Below, piece after piece: positions 1 to 8,190 of a stretch of DNA of 64,000 bases (its first letter is position 1; every line of letters begins with the position of its first letter). Source of the stretch: Alphaproteobacteria bacterium (GTDB lineage Bacteria > Pseudomonadota > Alphaproteobacteria > GCA-2731375); contig CBDDPY010000002.1 in NCBI GenBank assembly GCA_965232515.1, positions 3,872,001 through 3,936,000 of the forward strand. The letters are read 5' to 3'. The position numbers were made by a program, and so were the translations under genes. The notes below the pieces were generated by a model. The model saw only the letters and a list, made by a program, of their open reading frames with translations, did no database searches and was not told the DNA's origin.

Positions 1-527
1 TCGATCCGCATCGCGACCGCCTGTGCCTGATACAGTTGTCGGCCGGTGACGGCGCCGCGCATCTGGTGCAGTTCGGCCAAGACCAATACGACGCGCCGAA
101 CCTGAAAGCTCTGCTGACCGATCCCGAGGTCGTCAAGCTGTTCCATTTCGCGCGCTTCGACATGGCGGTGATCCGCCAGTACCTGCAGGTCGATTGCCGG
201 CCGGTCTATTGCACGAAGATCGCCTCGAAGCTGGTCCGCACCTACACCGACCGGCACGGCCTCAAGGATCTTTGCCGCGAGCTGCTCGGCATCGACATCT
301 CCAAGCAGCAGCAGTCCTCGGATTGGGGCGCCGATACGCTGACGCAGGAGCAATTGGAATACGCCGCCGCGGACGTGCTGCATCTGCATGAATTGCAGGC
401 ACGACTGGATGACATGCTCGGTCGCGAGGGACGTCGCGACCTGGCCGAGGCCTGTTTCGGCTTTCTGCCGACCCGGGTTCGACTCGATCTCGACGGCTGG
501 CAAGGCGAGGACATTTTTGCGCATTAG
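1..527 (+). CDS. rnd: Ribonuclease D-like 3'-5' exonuclease (5'-truncated by window edge)
   Basis: Frame is open from position 3 (DPHRDRLCLIQLS). Motifs KLFHFARFD, CTKIASKLVRTYTDRHGL, QQSSDWG and YAAADV. Typical position upstream of lptCAB. Confidence 0.9.
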   Translation, partial: DPHRDRLCLIQLSAGDGAAHLVQFGQDQYDAPNLKALLTDPEVVKLFHFARFDMAVIRQYLQVDCRPVYCTKIASKLVRTYTDRHGLKDLCRELLGIDISKQQQSSDWGADTLTQEQLEYAAADVLHLHELQARLDDMLGREGRRDLAEACFGFLPTRVRLDLDGWQGEDIFAH

Positions 528-547
528 CACGGACTTTGGCCGGCTGT

Positions 548-576
548 TTGACCTGACCGGACGAGTTGTCCATACT
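548..576 (+). promoter_or_regulatory. Putative sigma70-type promoter for lptCAB-rpoN
   Basis: TTGACC-N17-CATACT in the rnd-lptC intergenic region. Confidence 0.5.
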
Positions 577-590
577 GGCCTTGGGATAGT

Positions 591-606
591 TGGCATGAAT
601 TTCGCT
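591..606 (+). promoter_or_regulatory. Putative sigma54 -24/-12 site
   Basis: TGGCATG-AATT-TCGCT, GG-N10-GC spacing, close to consensus TGGCACG-N4-TTGCW. Confidence 0.35.
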
Positions 607-740
607 TGCAGAAAAAATTTCGTTTAGGTATCCGTCGAACAACCTCAAAAAGAAACTGGTCGAAGCGGTAGCCAACTCCCAAATCTGCCGCTGGGATAGG
701 TAGTTTGAACGAATGAGGCGGGGGCGCATCGACGGACGTC

Positions 741-1412
741 ATGACTGACGGTAATCAGCCCGTATCGACGGCCGACCGCGGTTATGTGGCGGCGCAGAGC
801 CGTCCAATGGCCGGCAGTTTGAGTCAGCGCTACAGCCGCTTCGTCGGCATGATGAAGGTGTTTCTGCCAGCGCTGGCCGCGACCCTGGTCATCGTCGTCA
901 TCGCCTGGCCCGGCGCTTTCGATCAGGACGACGGCTTCCACCTGTCGTTCTCGAAGATGCAGGCCGACGGCGCCGACCGGCTGAGCATGCTCAACCCCCG
1001 CTACTACGGCACTGACAAGGAGAACCGGCCCTTCACCGTGACCGCCAAAGAGGCCGTGCAGGACGCTGACGACAGCCGCCAGGTCACCCTTAGCGACCTG
1101 CAGGCCGACATGACCATGAACGACGGCACCTGGATCAGCATGATGGCGAACCAGGGCGTCTATCATCAGGCCACGATGATCCTGCGGCTGACCGGCGCCA
1201 TCAGCATCTTCTCCGACCGCGGTTATGAGTTCCACGCCAGCGTCGCCGATGTCGACTTCTCCGACGGCAGCGCGCGCAGCGCCCGGCCTGTCAGCGGTCA
1301 CGGCCCGTTCGGCTCGCTGAGGGCCGACCGCATGCAGATCGAAGATCGCGGCCAGCGCATGCTGTTCGAAGGCAACGTTAAAATGACCCTCAACCCCCAG
1401 GCGCAAGGCTGA
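741..1412 (+). CDS. lptC: LPS export protein LptC
   Basis: YSRFVGMMKVFLP, a single N-terminal TM segment, NPRYYGTD..RPFTVTA..A and GPFGSLRAD; directly upstream of lptA/lptB. Confidence 0.88.
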   Translation: MTDGNQPVSTADRGYVAAQSRPMAGSLSQRYSRFVGMMKVFLPALAATLVIVVIAWPGAFDQDDGFHLSFSKMQADGADRLSMLNPRYYGTDKENRPFTVTAKEAVQDADDSRQVTLSDLQADMTMNDGTWISMMANQGVYHQATMILRLTGAISIFSDRGYEFHASVADVDFSDGSARSARPVSGHGPFGSLRADRMQIEDRGQRMLFEGNVKMTLNPQAQG

Positions 1413-1419
1413 TCGCACG

Positions 1420-1971
1420 ATGGCAAAGAGACATGCAGTGCTGGTTGCGTTGTTTGTCGGTCTGTTGATGTCGCCACCGCTCGCGTCGGACGCGGCGGAC
1501 AATCGCCCGCAGATTCAGCACGACACCGATCAGCCGATCGAAATCAATGCCGACAGCCTCGAGGTCGAGCAGAATCAGCAGATCGCGACCTTCCGTGGCA
1601 ACGTCGACGCTGTTCAGGGCGAGATCCGGCTGCGGGCGGACGAGTTGAAGGTGCACTACCGCAACGGCGGCGACAGTTCGGAAAGCGCGGCCGGCGCGGC
1701 TGGCGCCATTGTCCGTATCGATGCCGTCGGCAATGTCTTCGTCTCCTCGCCGACCGAAACCGCCCAGGGTAATGCCGGCGTTTACGACATCGACAATCGC
1801 CAGATCACGCTGACCGGACAGGTCGTCCTGACACGTGGCGAAAACGTGCTTCGCGGCGAGCGTCTGGTGCTGAACATGGCGACGGGACGCAGTGTGATCG
1901 AAGCGGGCGGTCAACGAAGCGGCGAACGTGTTCGCGGCATCTTCGTACCGTCGCAGAAAAAAACAAACTAG
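1420..1971 (+). CDS. lptA: LPS transport periplasmic protein LptA (OstA family)
   Basis: Signal peptide, PIEINADSLEV, ATFRGNVDAVQG, C-terminal RVRGIFVP. Confidence 0.92.
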   Translation: MAKRHAVLVALFVGLLMSPPLASDAADNRPQIQHDTDQPIEINADSLEVEQNQQIATFRGNVDAVQGEIRLRADELKVHYRNGGDSSESAAGAAGAIVRIDAVGNVFVSSPTETAQGNAGVYDIDNRQITLTGQVVLTRGENVLRGERLVLNMATGRSVIEAGGQRSGERVRGIFVPSQKKTN

Positions 1972-2043
1972 GAATATTATCCGATAAATAAGAAAAAATG
2001 TTGAGACATCGATGATCTGGCGACGACTCTACACGGATTTTTA

Positions 2044-2844
2044 ATGGCGGAAAGCAAACACTTAGGCTCTATGACCGACGCCCCCGAACAGAACGATCGG
2101 ACGCCACGGCTGGTCGCCGAAAACGACGGTCTGGCCGTCCGCAAGATCGGCAAGCAGTTCAAGAAGCGCCCCGTGGTGCGCGACGTTTCGCTGCAGCTGC
2201 AGCGCGGCGAGGCCGTCGGTCTGCTTGGCCCGAACGGCGCCGGCAAGACGACCTGCTTCTACATCATCACCGGCCTGATCTCGCCCGATGCCGGTTCGAT
2301 CCATCTGGACGGCCACGACATCACCGAGCTGCCGATGTACCGCCGGGCCCGCCTCGGCATCGGCTACCTGCCGCAGGAGGCCTCGATCTTCCGCGGGCTC
2401 TCGGTGGAGAACAATGTCCGCGCCGTGCTGGAGGTGGTCGAGCCGATCCGCGAAAAGCGCGAGACGCTGTTGGACGACCTGTTGGCCGAGTTTTCGATCA
2501 CGCACATCCGGCGCACGCCGGCGCTGGCGCTGTCGGGCGGCGAACGCCGGCGCGTCGAGATCGCCCGGGCGCTGGCTTCGCGGCCGGCCTTTATTCTGCT
2601 CGACGAGCCGCTGGCCGGCATCGACCCGATCGCCGTCGGCGAGATCCGCGACCTGGTCTCGCACCTGAAGGATCGTGGCGTGGGTGTTTTGATCACCGAC
2701 CATAACGTGCGCGAGACCCTCGACATCATCGACCGGGCCTACATCATCCACGAGGGCCGTGTGCTGATGCAGGGCGCGCCGTCGGAAATCGTCGCCCACG
2801 AAGACGTGCGGCGCGTCTATCTCGGAGACGGCTTCAGGCTGTAG
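2044..2844 (+). CDS. lptB: LPS export ABC transporter ATP-binding protein LptB (start may be 2071)
   Basis: Walker [54 protein letters not shown]. Confidence 0.97.
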   Translation: MAESKHLGSMTDAPEQNDRTPRLVAENDGLAVRKIGKQFKKRPVVRDVSLQLQRGEAVGLLGPNGAGKTTCFYIITGLISPDAGSIHLDGHDITELPMYRRARLGIGYLPQEASIFRGLSVENNVRAVLEVVEPIREKRETLLDDLLAEFSITHIRRTPALALSGGERRRVEIARALASRPAFILLDEPLAGIDPIAVGEIRDLVSHLKDRGVGVLITDHNVRETLDIIDRAYIIHEGRVLMQGAPSEIVAHEDVRRVYLGDGFRL

Positions 2845-2854
2845 GCCGGCAAAG

Positions 2855-4438
2855 ATGGCAATTTCCCCCAAACTGGAGATCCGGCAGTCACAGACGCTCG
2901 TGATGACGCCGCAGCTGCAGCAGGCGATCAAGCTGCTGCAACTCTCCAATTTGGAATTGACCGCCTTCGTCGAGCAGGAGCTGGAGCGCAATCCCCTGCT
3001 GGAACGCCAGGACGACGGCGACGGCGAGCCGCGCGCGCAGGCCGACGAGGCGCCCGGCGCGGGCGAGACCGTCAACGGATCCGCCGACGGCATCAATGAC
3101 GACGGCACCGCCGGCGACGTCGCCGCCATCGAACTGGACGGCGTCACGCCGCCGGACGGTGGCGATGTGGCGGGCGCCGAAGGCCCGCTCGATACCGACT
3201 ATGAGAATGTCTACAACAACGATTCCGCGCCCGATATGCCGGCGCCGGCCGAGCCCGAGCCGGCCATGTCGGGTCTCGGCGCCGGACTCGGCGCGGGTCC
3301 CGGCGGTCGTGACAGCGACAGCGGGTTCGGTCTCGAGCAGAGCCTGAGCCGCGATATCAGCCTGAAGGAGCATCTCGCTGGCCAATTGAACGTGGCGCTG
3401 AGCGATCCGGCCGACCGCATCGTCGGCGCCCACATGATCGAATGCATCGACGAGGCCGGTTATCTGATTGAGAGTATCGCGACCATCGCCGATCGCATGG
3501 GCTGTGACGAGGACCGCGTCGAAACCGTACTCGAGGCATTGCAGCGCTTCGATCCGGCCGGCGTGTTCGCGCGCGATCTGGGCGAATGCCTGGCCCTCCA
3601 GCTACGCGAGCGCAACCGCTTCGATCCGGCCATGCAGACGCTGATCGAAAACCTGCATCTGCTTGCCGAGCACGACATCCCCGCCCTGATGCGGATCTGC
3701 CATGTCGACGACGAGGACATGGCCGAGATGGTGCAGGAGATCAAGGCGCTGAACCCGAAGCCCGGGCTGGTCTACGACTACGATGTGGCGCAGCCGGTCG
3801 TGCCCGACGTGTTCGTCCGCGAGAACCCGGACGGCGGATGGATGGTCGAACTGAACAGCGATACGCTGCCGCGGGTCCTGGTCAACGCGCGCTACTATGC
3901 CGAAGTCCTTGACGTGACGAAGTCGAAGGACGAGCGCAACTACCTGACCGACTGCGTCAACAACGCCAACTGGCTGGTCAAGTCGCTGGACCAGCGGGCG
4001 CGGACGATCCTGAAGGTCTCGACCGAGATCGTCCGGCAACAGGACGCCTTCTTCGCCCACGGCGTTCAGCATCTGCGGCCGCTGAACCTGCGCACTATCG
4101 CCGAAGCGATCGACATGCACGAAAGCACGGTCAGCCGCGTGACCGCCAATAAGTACATGTCGACACAGCGCGGCATCTTCGAGCTGAAATACTTCTTCAC
4201 CGCCGCGATCCAGTCGACGGCGGGCGGCGACGCCCATTCGGCCGAGGCCGTCCGTCACAAGATCCGCGAGCTGATCGACCGCGAACCGATCGACAACGTG
4301 CTGTCGGACGATAAGCTGGTCGAGTTGCTGAATGCGACAGGCATCGATATTGCCCGCCGCACGGTGGCAAAGTATCGCGAAGCCATGGGCATCCAGTCGT
4401 CCGTGCAACGACGACGGATGAAACGCCTCTCGGCCTGA
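2855..4438 (+). CDS. rpoN: RNA polymerase sigma-54 factor
   Basis: MTPQLQQAIKLLQL region I, HESTVSRVT HTH, RpoN box ARRTVAKYRE. Confidence 0.98.
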   Translation: MAISPKLEIRQSQTLVMTPQLQQAIKLLQLSNLELTAFVEQELERNPLLERQDDGDGEPRAQADEAPGAGETVNGSADGINDDGTAGDVAAIELDGVTPPDGGDVAGAEGPLDTDYENVYNNDSAPDMPAPAEPEPAMSGLGAGLGAGPGGRDSDSGFGLEQSLSRDISLKEHLAGQLNVALSDPADRIVGAHMIECIDEAGYLIESIATIADRMGCDEDRVETVLEALQRFDPAGVFARDLGECLALQLRERNRFDPAMQTLIENLHLLAEHDIPALMRICHVDDEDMAEMVQEIKALNPKPGLVYDYDVAQPVVPDVFVRENPDGGWMVELNSDTLPRVLVNARYYAEVLDVTKSKDERNYLTDCVNNANWLVKSLDQRARTILKVSTEIVRQQDAFFAHGVQHLRPLNLRTIAEAIDMHESTVSRVTANKYMSTQRGIFELKYFFTAAIQSTAGGDAHSAEAVRHKIRELIDREPIDNVLSDDKLVELLNATGIDIARRTVAKYREAMGIQSSVQRRRMKRLSA

Positions 4439-4447
4439 GCGCCGTGG

Positions 4448-4476
4448 TTGACAGGGCCGGGGCCCGGCCATATTTT
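4448..4476 (+). promoter_or_regulatory. Putative sigma70-type promoter for hpf-ptsN
   Basis: TTGACA-N17-TATTTT, about 75 nt upstream of the hpf ATG. Confidence 0.45.
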
Positions 4477-4550
4477 CGCGCCTTCCCCGGATGGGGCGTT
4501 GGCCCCAATTTCCGAGCGTTCGGACGAGGTATGTCCGGTACGACGAGCTG

Positions 4551-5138
4551 ATGAAGATCCAGATTTCTGGCAAACAGACAGAACTCTCCGATTCGTTGCG
4601 TCAGCATGTCGAGCGTCGACTGCGTGCGGGGGTCGAGAAGTATTTTGGCGACGGTATCGAGGCGAGCGTGGTGTTTTCGCGCGAAGCCCGAAACCATCGC
4701 GCGGACTGCGCGGTGCATATCGGACACGGTATCCAAGTCCAGAGCCATGCCGAGACGGACGACATTACGACCTGTTTCGACACGGCGGCCGATCGCCTGG
4801 AGAAGCAGCTGCGCCGTTACAAGCGGCGGCTGCGGAACCACCACAGCCGGCAAAACAAGCGGCCGGACGATGGGCAGGAGGCACAGACTTACGTTCTGGC
4901 GCCGGAAGACGGAGACGAAGAAGGAGACGAAACCGAGACGTTCCAGCCCGTCATTGTCGCGGAGTCGACGACGCGCATTCACACGCTGACGGTGGGGGAA
5001 GCTGTCATGCGCATGGATCTCGCCGATCTGCCCGTGATGATGTTTCGCAACAGCGGCAGTGGACGTCTGAACGTTGTATATCGTCGGAACGACGGCCATA
5101 TCGGCTGGGTCGATCCGTCCGATTCAGAGAATAATTGA
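4551..5138 (+). CDS. hpf: Ribosome hibernation promoting factor (long HPF/RaiA)
   Basis: MKIQISGKQ, LEKQLRRYKRRL, C-terminal LNVVYRRNDGHIGWVDP; follows rpoN. Confidence 0.95.
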   Translation: MKIQISGKQTELSDSLRQHVERRLRAGVEKYFGDGIEASVVFSREARNHRADCAVHIGHGIQVQSHAETDDITTCFDTAADRLEKQLRRYKRRLRNHHSRQNKRPDDGQEAQTYVLAPEDGDEEGDETETFQPVIVAESTTRIHTLTVGEAVMRMDLADLPVMMFRNSGSGRLNVVYRRNDGHIGWVDPSDSENN

Positions 5139-5149
5139 AGGATTGCCAT

Positions 5150-5617
5150 ATGGAGATCGCCGAACTGTTGCAACAGGACGGCGTCGTCGCGAACCTGAAG
5201 GTCACGAGCAAGAAACAGGCGCTGCAGGAACTGGCGCAGAAAGCCGCTCACTTGACCGATTTGCACGAACGCAAAATTTTCGATGTGCTGCTCGAGCGGG
5301 AGCGTCTGGGTACGACCGGCGTGGGCCAGGGCATCGCCATACCGCACGGCAAGCTGAACGAGCTGGCTCAGCTGCACGCCGTATTCGCCCGGCTGGAAAC
5401 GCCGATCGACTTCGATTCGATTGACGACGAACCGGTCGATCTTATTTTCTTGCTGCTGGCGCCTGAATCGGCCGGCGCCGATCATCTGAAGGCGCTGGCC
5501 CGCATCTCGCGGCTGCTGCGTGACCAGAACATTTGCGCCAAGTTGCGCGGCACGTCCGAGTCGGACGCGCTTTACGCACTGCTGACGGACGCATCCGTCT
5601 CGTCAAACGCGGCTTAA
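5150..5617 (+). CDS. ptsN: PTS EIIA-Ntr
   Basis: RERLGTTGVGQGIAIPHGK phospho-His motif, GADHLKALARISR. Confidence 0.96.
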   Translation: MEIAELLQQDGVVANLKVTSKKQALQELAQKAAHLTDLHERKIFDVLLERERLGTTGVGQGIAIPHGKLNELAQLHAVFARLETPIDFDSIDDEPVDLIFLLLAPESAGADHLKALARISRLLRDQNICAKLRGTSESDALYALLTDASVSSNAA

Positions 5618-5625
5618 CGCATCCC

Positions 5626-5650
5626 CGGCGCGACCGTTGCGGTCGCGCCG
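5626..5650. terminator. GC-rich hairpin between convergent ptsN and DUF1150 genes
   Basis: CGGCGCGACCG-TTG-CGGTCGCGCCG, a perfect 11-bp stem; no canonical downstream U-tract. Confidence 0.5.
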
Positions 5651-5675
5651 CAAAAAACCACTTGATTCGTTGGGG

Positions 5676-5894
5676 TCAGTGGACGCTGACGGGTTCCAGA
5701 TCGTTCTGGCGCACGGCGGCGAAGGCGAGTTCGCGGCTGTCGAAGGCCGCGATCCGCGTGCCGTCGGCCGAATACACGCCGTAAATCGGCCGGCCGTCCA
5801 CCGTGATCTGCTTCACGAAGGCGATGTCTTCGGCGCCGAGCGCCGCCAACGACTTGGCGCTGAGCTGCCGCAATTGCTCGACCGAAAGTATCAT
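5676..5894 (-). CDS. DUF1150 family protein
   Basis: LAALGAEDIAFVK, YSADGTRIA, AFAAVRQNDLEPVSVH; typical partner downstream of hsp20. Confidence 0.88.
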   Translation of the reverse strand: MILSVEQLRQLSAKSLAALGAEDIAFVKQITVDGRPIYGVYSADGTRIAAFDSRELAFAAVRQNDLEPVSVH

Positions 5895-5935
5895 GACGAC
5901 TCCTCTACACTGTCATATCGGATTGGCCGGCCGGA

Positions 5936-6406
5936 CTAGCCGTCGTTGCGATCATCGACATCGATCGTCGGGATCGCGCCGCCGTCTTTCCTGGACGCGC
6001 CCGATTTGATCTCGATTGTCCGGGTCACGACCTCTGGCCGCGGCCGCATCAGGTCGATGCTCAGCAGGCCGTTGTCCAGATCGGCGCCGGCGACCTCGAT
6101 GCCCTCGGCCAGAACGAAAGCGCGCTGGAACTGGCGGGCGGCGATACCGCGATGCAGATAGACCCGGTCGGGATCGTCGGTCTGCTTGCCGCGCACGATC
6201 AACTGGTTGTCTTCCAACACGATCTGCAGATCGTCGTTTGAGAAACCGGCAACGGCAAGCGTGATGCGCAACCCGTCGTCGCCAACCTGCTCGATATTGT
6301 AGGGAGGATAGCCGTCGCTCGCCGACTTCGTGACCCGGTCGAGCACCTGCTCAAAATGGTCGAAGCCCAGAACCAGCGGGCTGCTGAAAACCGATACGCG
6401 AGTCAT
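5936..6406 (-). CDS. Small heat-shock protein (Hsp20, IbpA-like class A)
   Basis: SPLVLGFD, GYPPYNIE, LAVAGF, YLHRGIAARQFQRAFVLA, NGLLSIDL. Confidence 0.95.
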   Translation of the reverse strand: MTRVSVFSSPLVLGFDHFEQVLDRVTKSASDGYPPYNIEQVGDDGLRITLAVAGFSNDDLQIVLEDNQLIVRGKQTDDPDRVYLHRGIAARQFQRAFVLAEGIEVAGADLDNGLLSIDLMRPRPEVVTRTIEIKSGASRKDGGAIPTIDVDDRNDG

Positions 6407-6480
6407 GCCGACCAACCCCTCAAATTCGAGCAAGCATGGTTTATCTATGACCGGCCGGACCCTTGCTCAGGCGTCCGAAT
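6407..6480 (-). promoter_or_regulatory. Putative ROSE-like RNA thermometer in the hsp20 5' UTR
   Basis: Minus strand shows an upstream hairpin GGACGCC-TGAGCAA-GGGTCC, then a TTGCT motif able to pair with the SD GAGGGG (CTTGCTCGAATTTGAGGGG). Confidence 0.55.
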
Positions 6481-6509
6481 GCAGCCCGGAACGGCGCTGC
6501 GTGACCTAG

Positions 6510-6538
6510 ATGTAGGTCGCGTACCGGTTTCGTTCAAG
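6510..6538 (-). promoter_or_regulatory. RpoH (sigma32)-type promoter of hsp20
   Basis: CTTGAA-N16-CCTACAT on the minus strand, matching the alphaproteobacterial RpoH consensus CTTGAA-N16-CCTATAT. Confidence 0.7.
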
Positions 6539-6623
6539 GTCGCCCGATCCGGGGCTTTCCGCCGCGCGCGCCATGTGGTCTACATGGCCTAAATCAGTCG
6601 TTCAGAGGAAAAGGGGTTACCCG

Positions 6624-8132
6624 ATGGGACGGGATTTCCAGTCCGGCAACGTCATGGTCGGCGTGATCGGCGCCGGCGCGATGGGCCGCGGCATCGCACA
6701 GGTCACCATCACCGGCGGCATGACCGCATTGTTATACGATTCCGCCGATGGCGCCGCCGAGGCCGCGCGAAGCTTCATTTTCGGCATGCTGGACCGAAGC
6801 GTCGAAAAGAACCGCATGAGCGCCGAGGACGCGGCGGCGGCCAAGGACCGGTTGCAGGTGATCGACAGCCTCGACGCCATGGCCGACGCGGATGTGGTCA
6901 TCGAGGCCATTGTCGAGAACCTCGAGGTCAAGCGCGCCGTGTTCGCGGATCTCGAACGCGCCGTCGGCGACGACGCGATCCTCGCCTCCAACACCTCCTC
7001 GCTGCGCATCGCGTCGATCGCCGCCCGCTGCGAGCGCAAGCACCGGGTCGCCGGCCTGCACTTCTTCAATCCCGTGCCGCTGATGAAGCTGGTCGAGGTC
7101 GTGCGCGCGCCGGCCACGGACGAGGACGTGGTCGCGGCGCTCGACGCGCTCGGCCGCCGCATGGGCCGGGTGCCGGTCGTGGTTCGGGACGGCCCGGGCT
7201 TTCTGGTCAATCTCGGCGGCCGCGCCTTCACCACCGAGGGCCTGCGCCTGGCCCACGAGGGCATCGCCACGCCGGCCCAGGTCGACGCCGTGATGCGGGA
7301 TGCCTGCGGCTTTCGCATGGGGCCGTTCGAGCTGATGGACCTGACCGGGATCGACGTCAACTTCCCGGCCAGCATGGCGATCTACAACGGCTACTTCCAG
7401 GACCGCCGCATGGCGACCTATCCGCTGCACGAGAGCCTGCTGGAAGCCGGCCGGCTGGGCCGGAAAACGGGCCAGGGCCATTACCGTTACGACGATAAGG
7501 GCGGCAAGATCGCCGACAGCGCGGACGCCGACACTTCGGCCGAACCGGCGCGCCGGGTAGCGCTGGCCGCGCCGGACGAGCGGCTCGGCAAACTGCTGCG
7601 CGAGGCCGGCGCCGAGGTCATCGAGGACAACGGCGCCTGCCCGATCCTGGCGGCGCCGCTCGGCGAGGACGCAACCGCGGTCGCCGTACGCACCGGCGCC
7701 GACGCCCGCCGCCTGGTGGCGGTCGACCTGACCGGCGATATCGGCCGCCGCATCACCATCATGACTGCGCCCGGCGCCGATCCGGCGCAGCGCGACCGGG
7801 TCGCGGCCCTCCTGGCCGGCACCGGGGCGGCGGTTACCGCGATCCACGATTCGCCCGGCTTCATCGCCCAGCGCATGCGGGCCATGGTCGCCAATCTCGG
7901 CTGCGAGATCGCCCAGATCGGTGTCGCCGCGCCGGCGGATATCGACACCGCCATGACGCTCGGCCTCAACTACCCGCTGGGGCCCTTGGCGCTGGCGGAC
8001 GAAATGGGCGCCGGCACGGTGCTGACCATCCTGACCCACCTGCAGCACATCACCGGCGAGGAGCGCTACCGCCCCAGCCAATGGCTGCGCCGCCGCGCCC
8101 TGCTCGGCCTGCCGGCGACAACGCCGGACTGA
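6624..8132 (+). CDS. 3-hydroxyacyl-CoA dehydrogenase (PaaH-like, duplicated C-terminal domain)
   Basis: GVIGAGAMGRGIAQ Rossmann motif, LASNTSS, GLHFFNPVPLMKLVEV, GFRMGPFELMDLTG, LGLNYPLGP. Confidence 0.9.
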   Translation: MGRDFQSGNVMVGVIGAGAMGRGIAQVTITGGMTALLYDSADGAAEAARSFIFGMLDRSVEKNRMSAEDAAAAKDRLQVIDSLDAMADADVVIEAIVENLEVKRAVFADLERAVGDDAILASNTSSLRIASIAARCERKHRVAGLHFFNPVPLMKLVEVVRAPATDEDVVAALDALGRRMGRVPVVVRDGPGFLVNLGGRAFTTEGLRLAHEGIATPAQVDAVMRDACGFRMGPFELMDLTGIDVNFPASMAIYNGYFQDRRMATYPLHESLLEAGRLGRKTGQGHYRYDDKGGKIADSADADTSAEPARRVALAAPDERLGKLLREAGAEVIEDNGACPILAAPLGEDATAVAVRTGADARRLVAVDLTGDIGRRITIMTAPGADPAQRDRVAALLAGTGAAVTAIHDSPGFIAQRMRAMVANLGCEIAQIGVAAPADIDTAMTLGLNYPLGPLALADEMGAGTVLTILTHLQHITGEERYRPSQWLRRRALLGLPATTPD

Positions 8133-8190
8133 GGACAACGGATAGGTTAACTGGATCTTGATATATTGCCCGGCGAAGTTGCGCCGGGCC

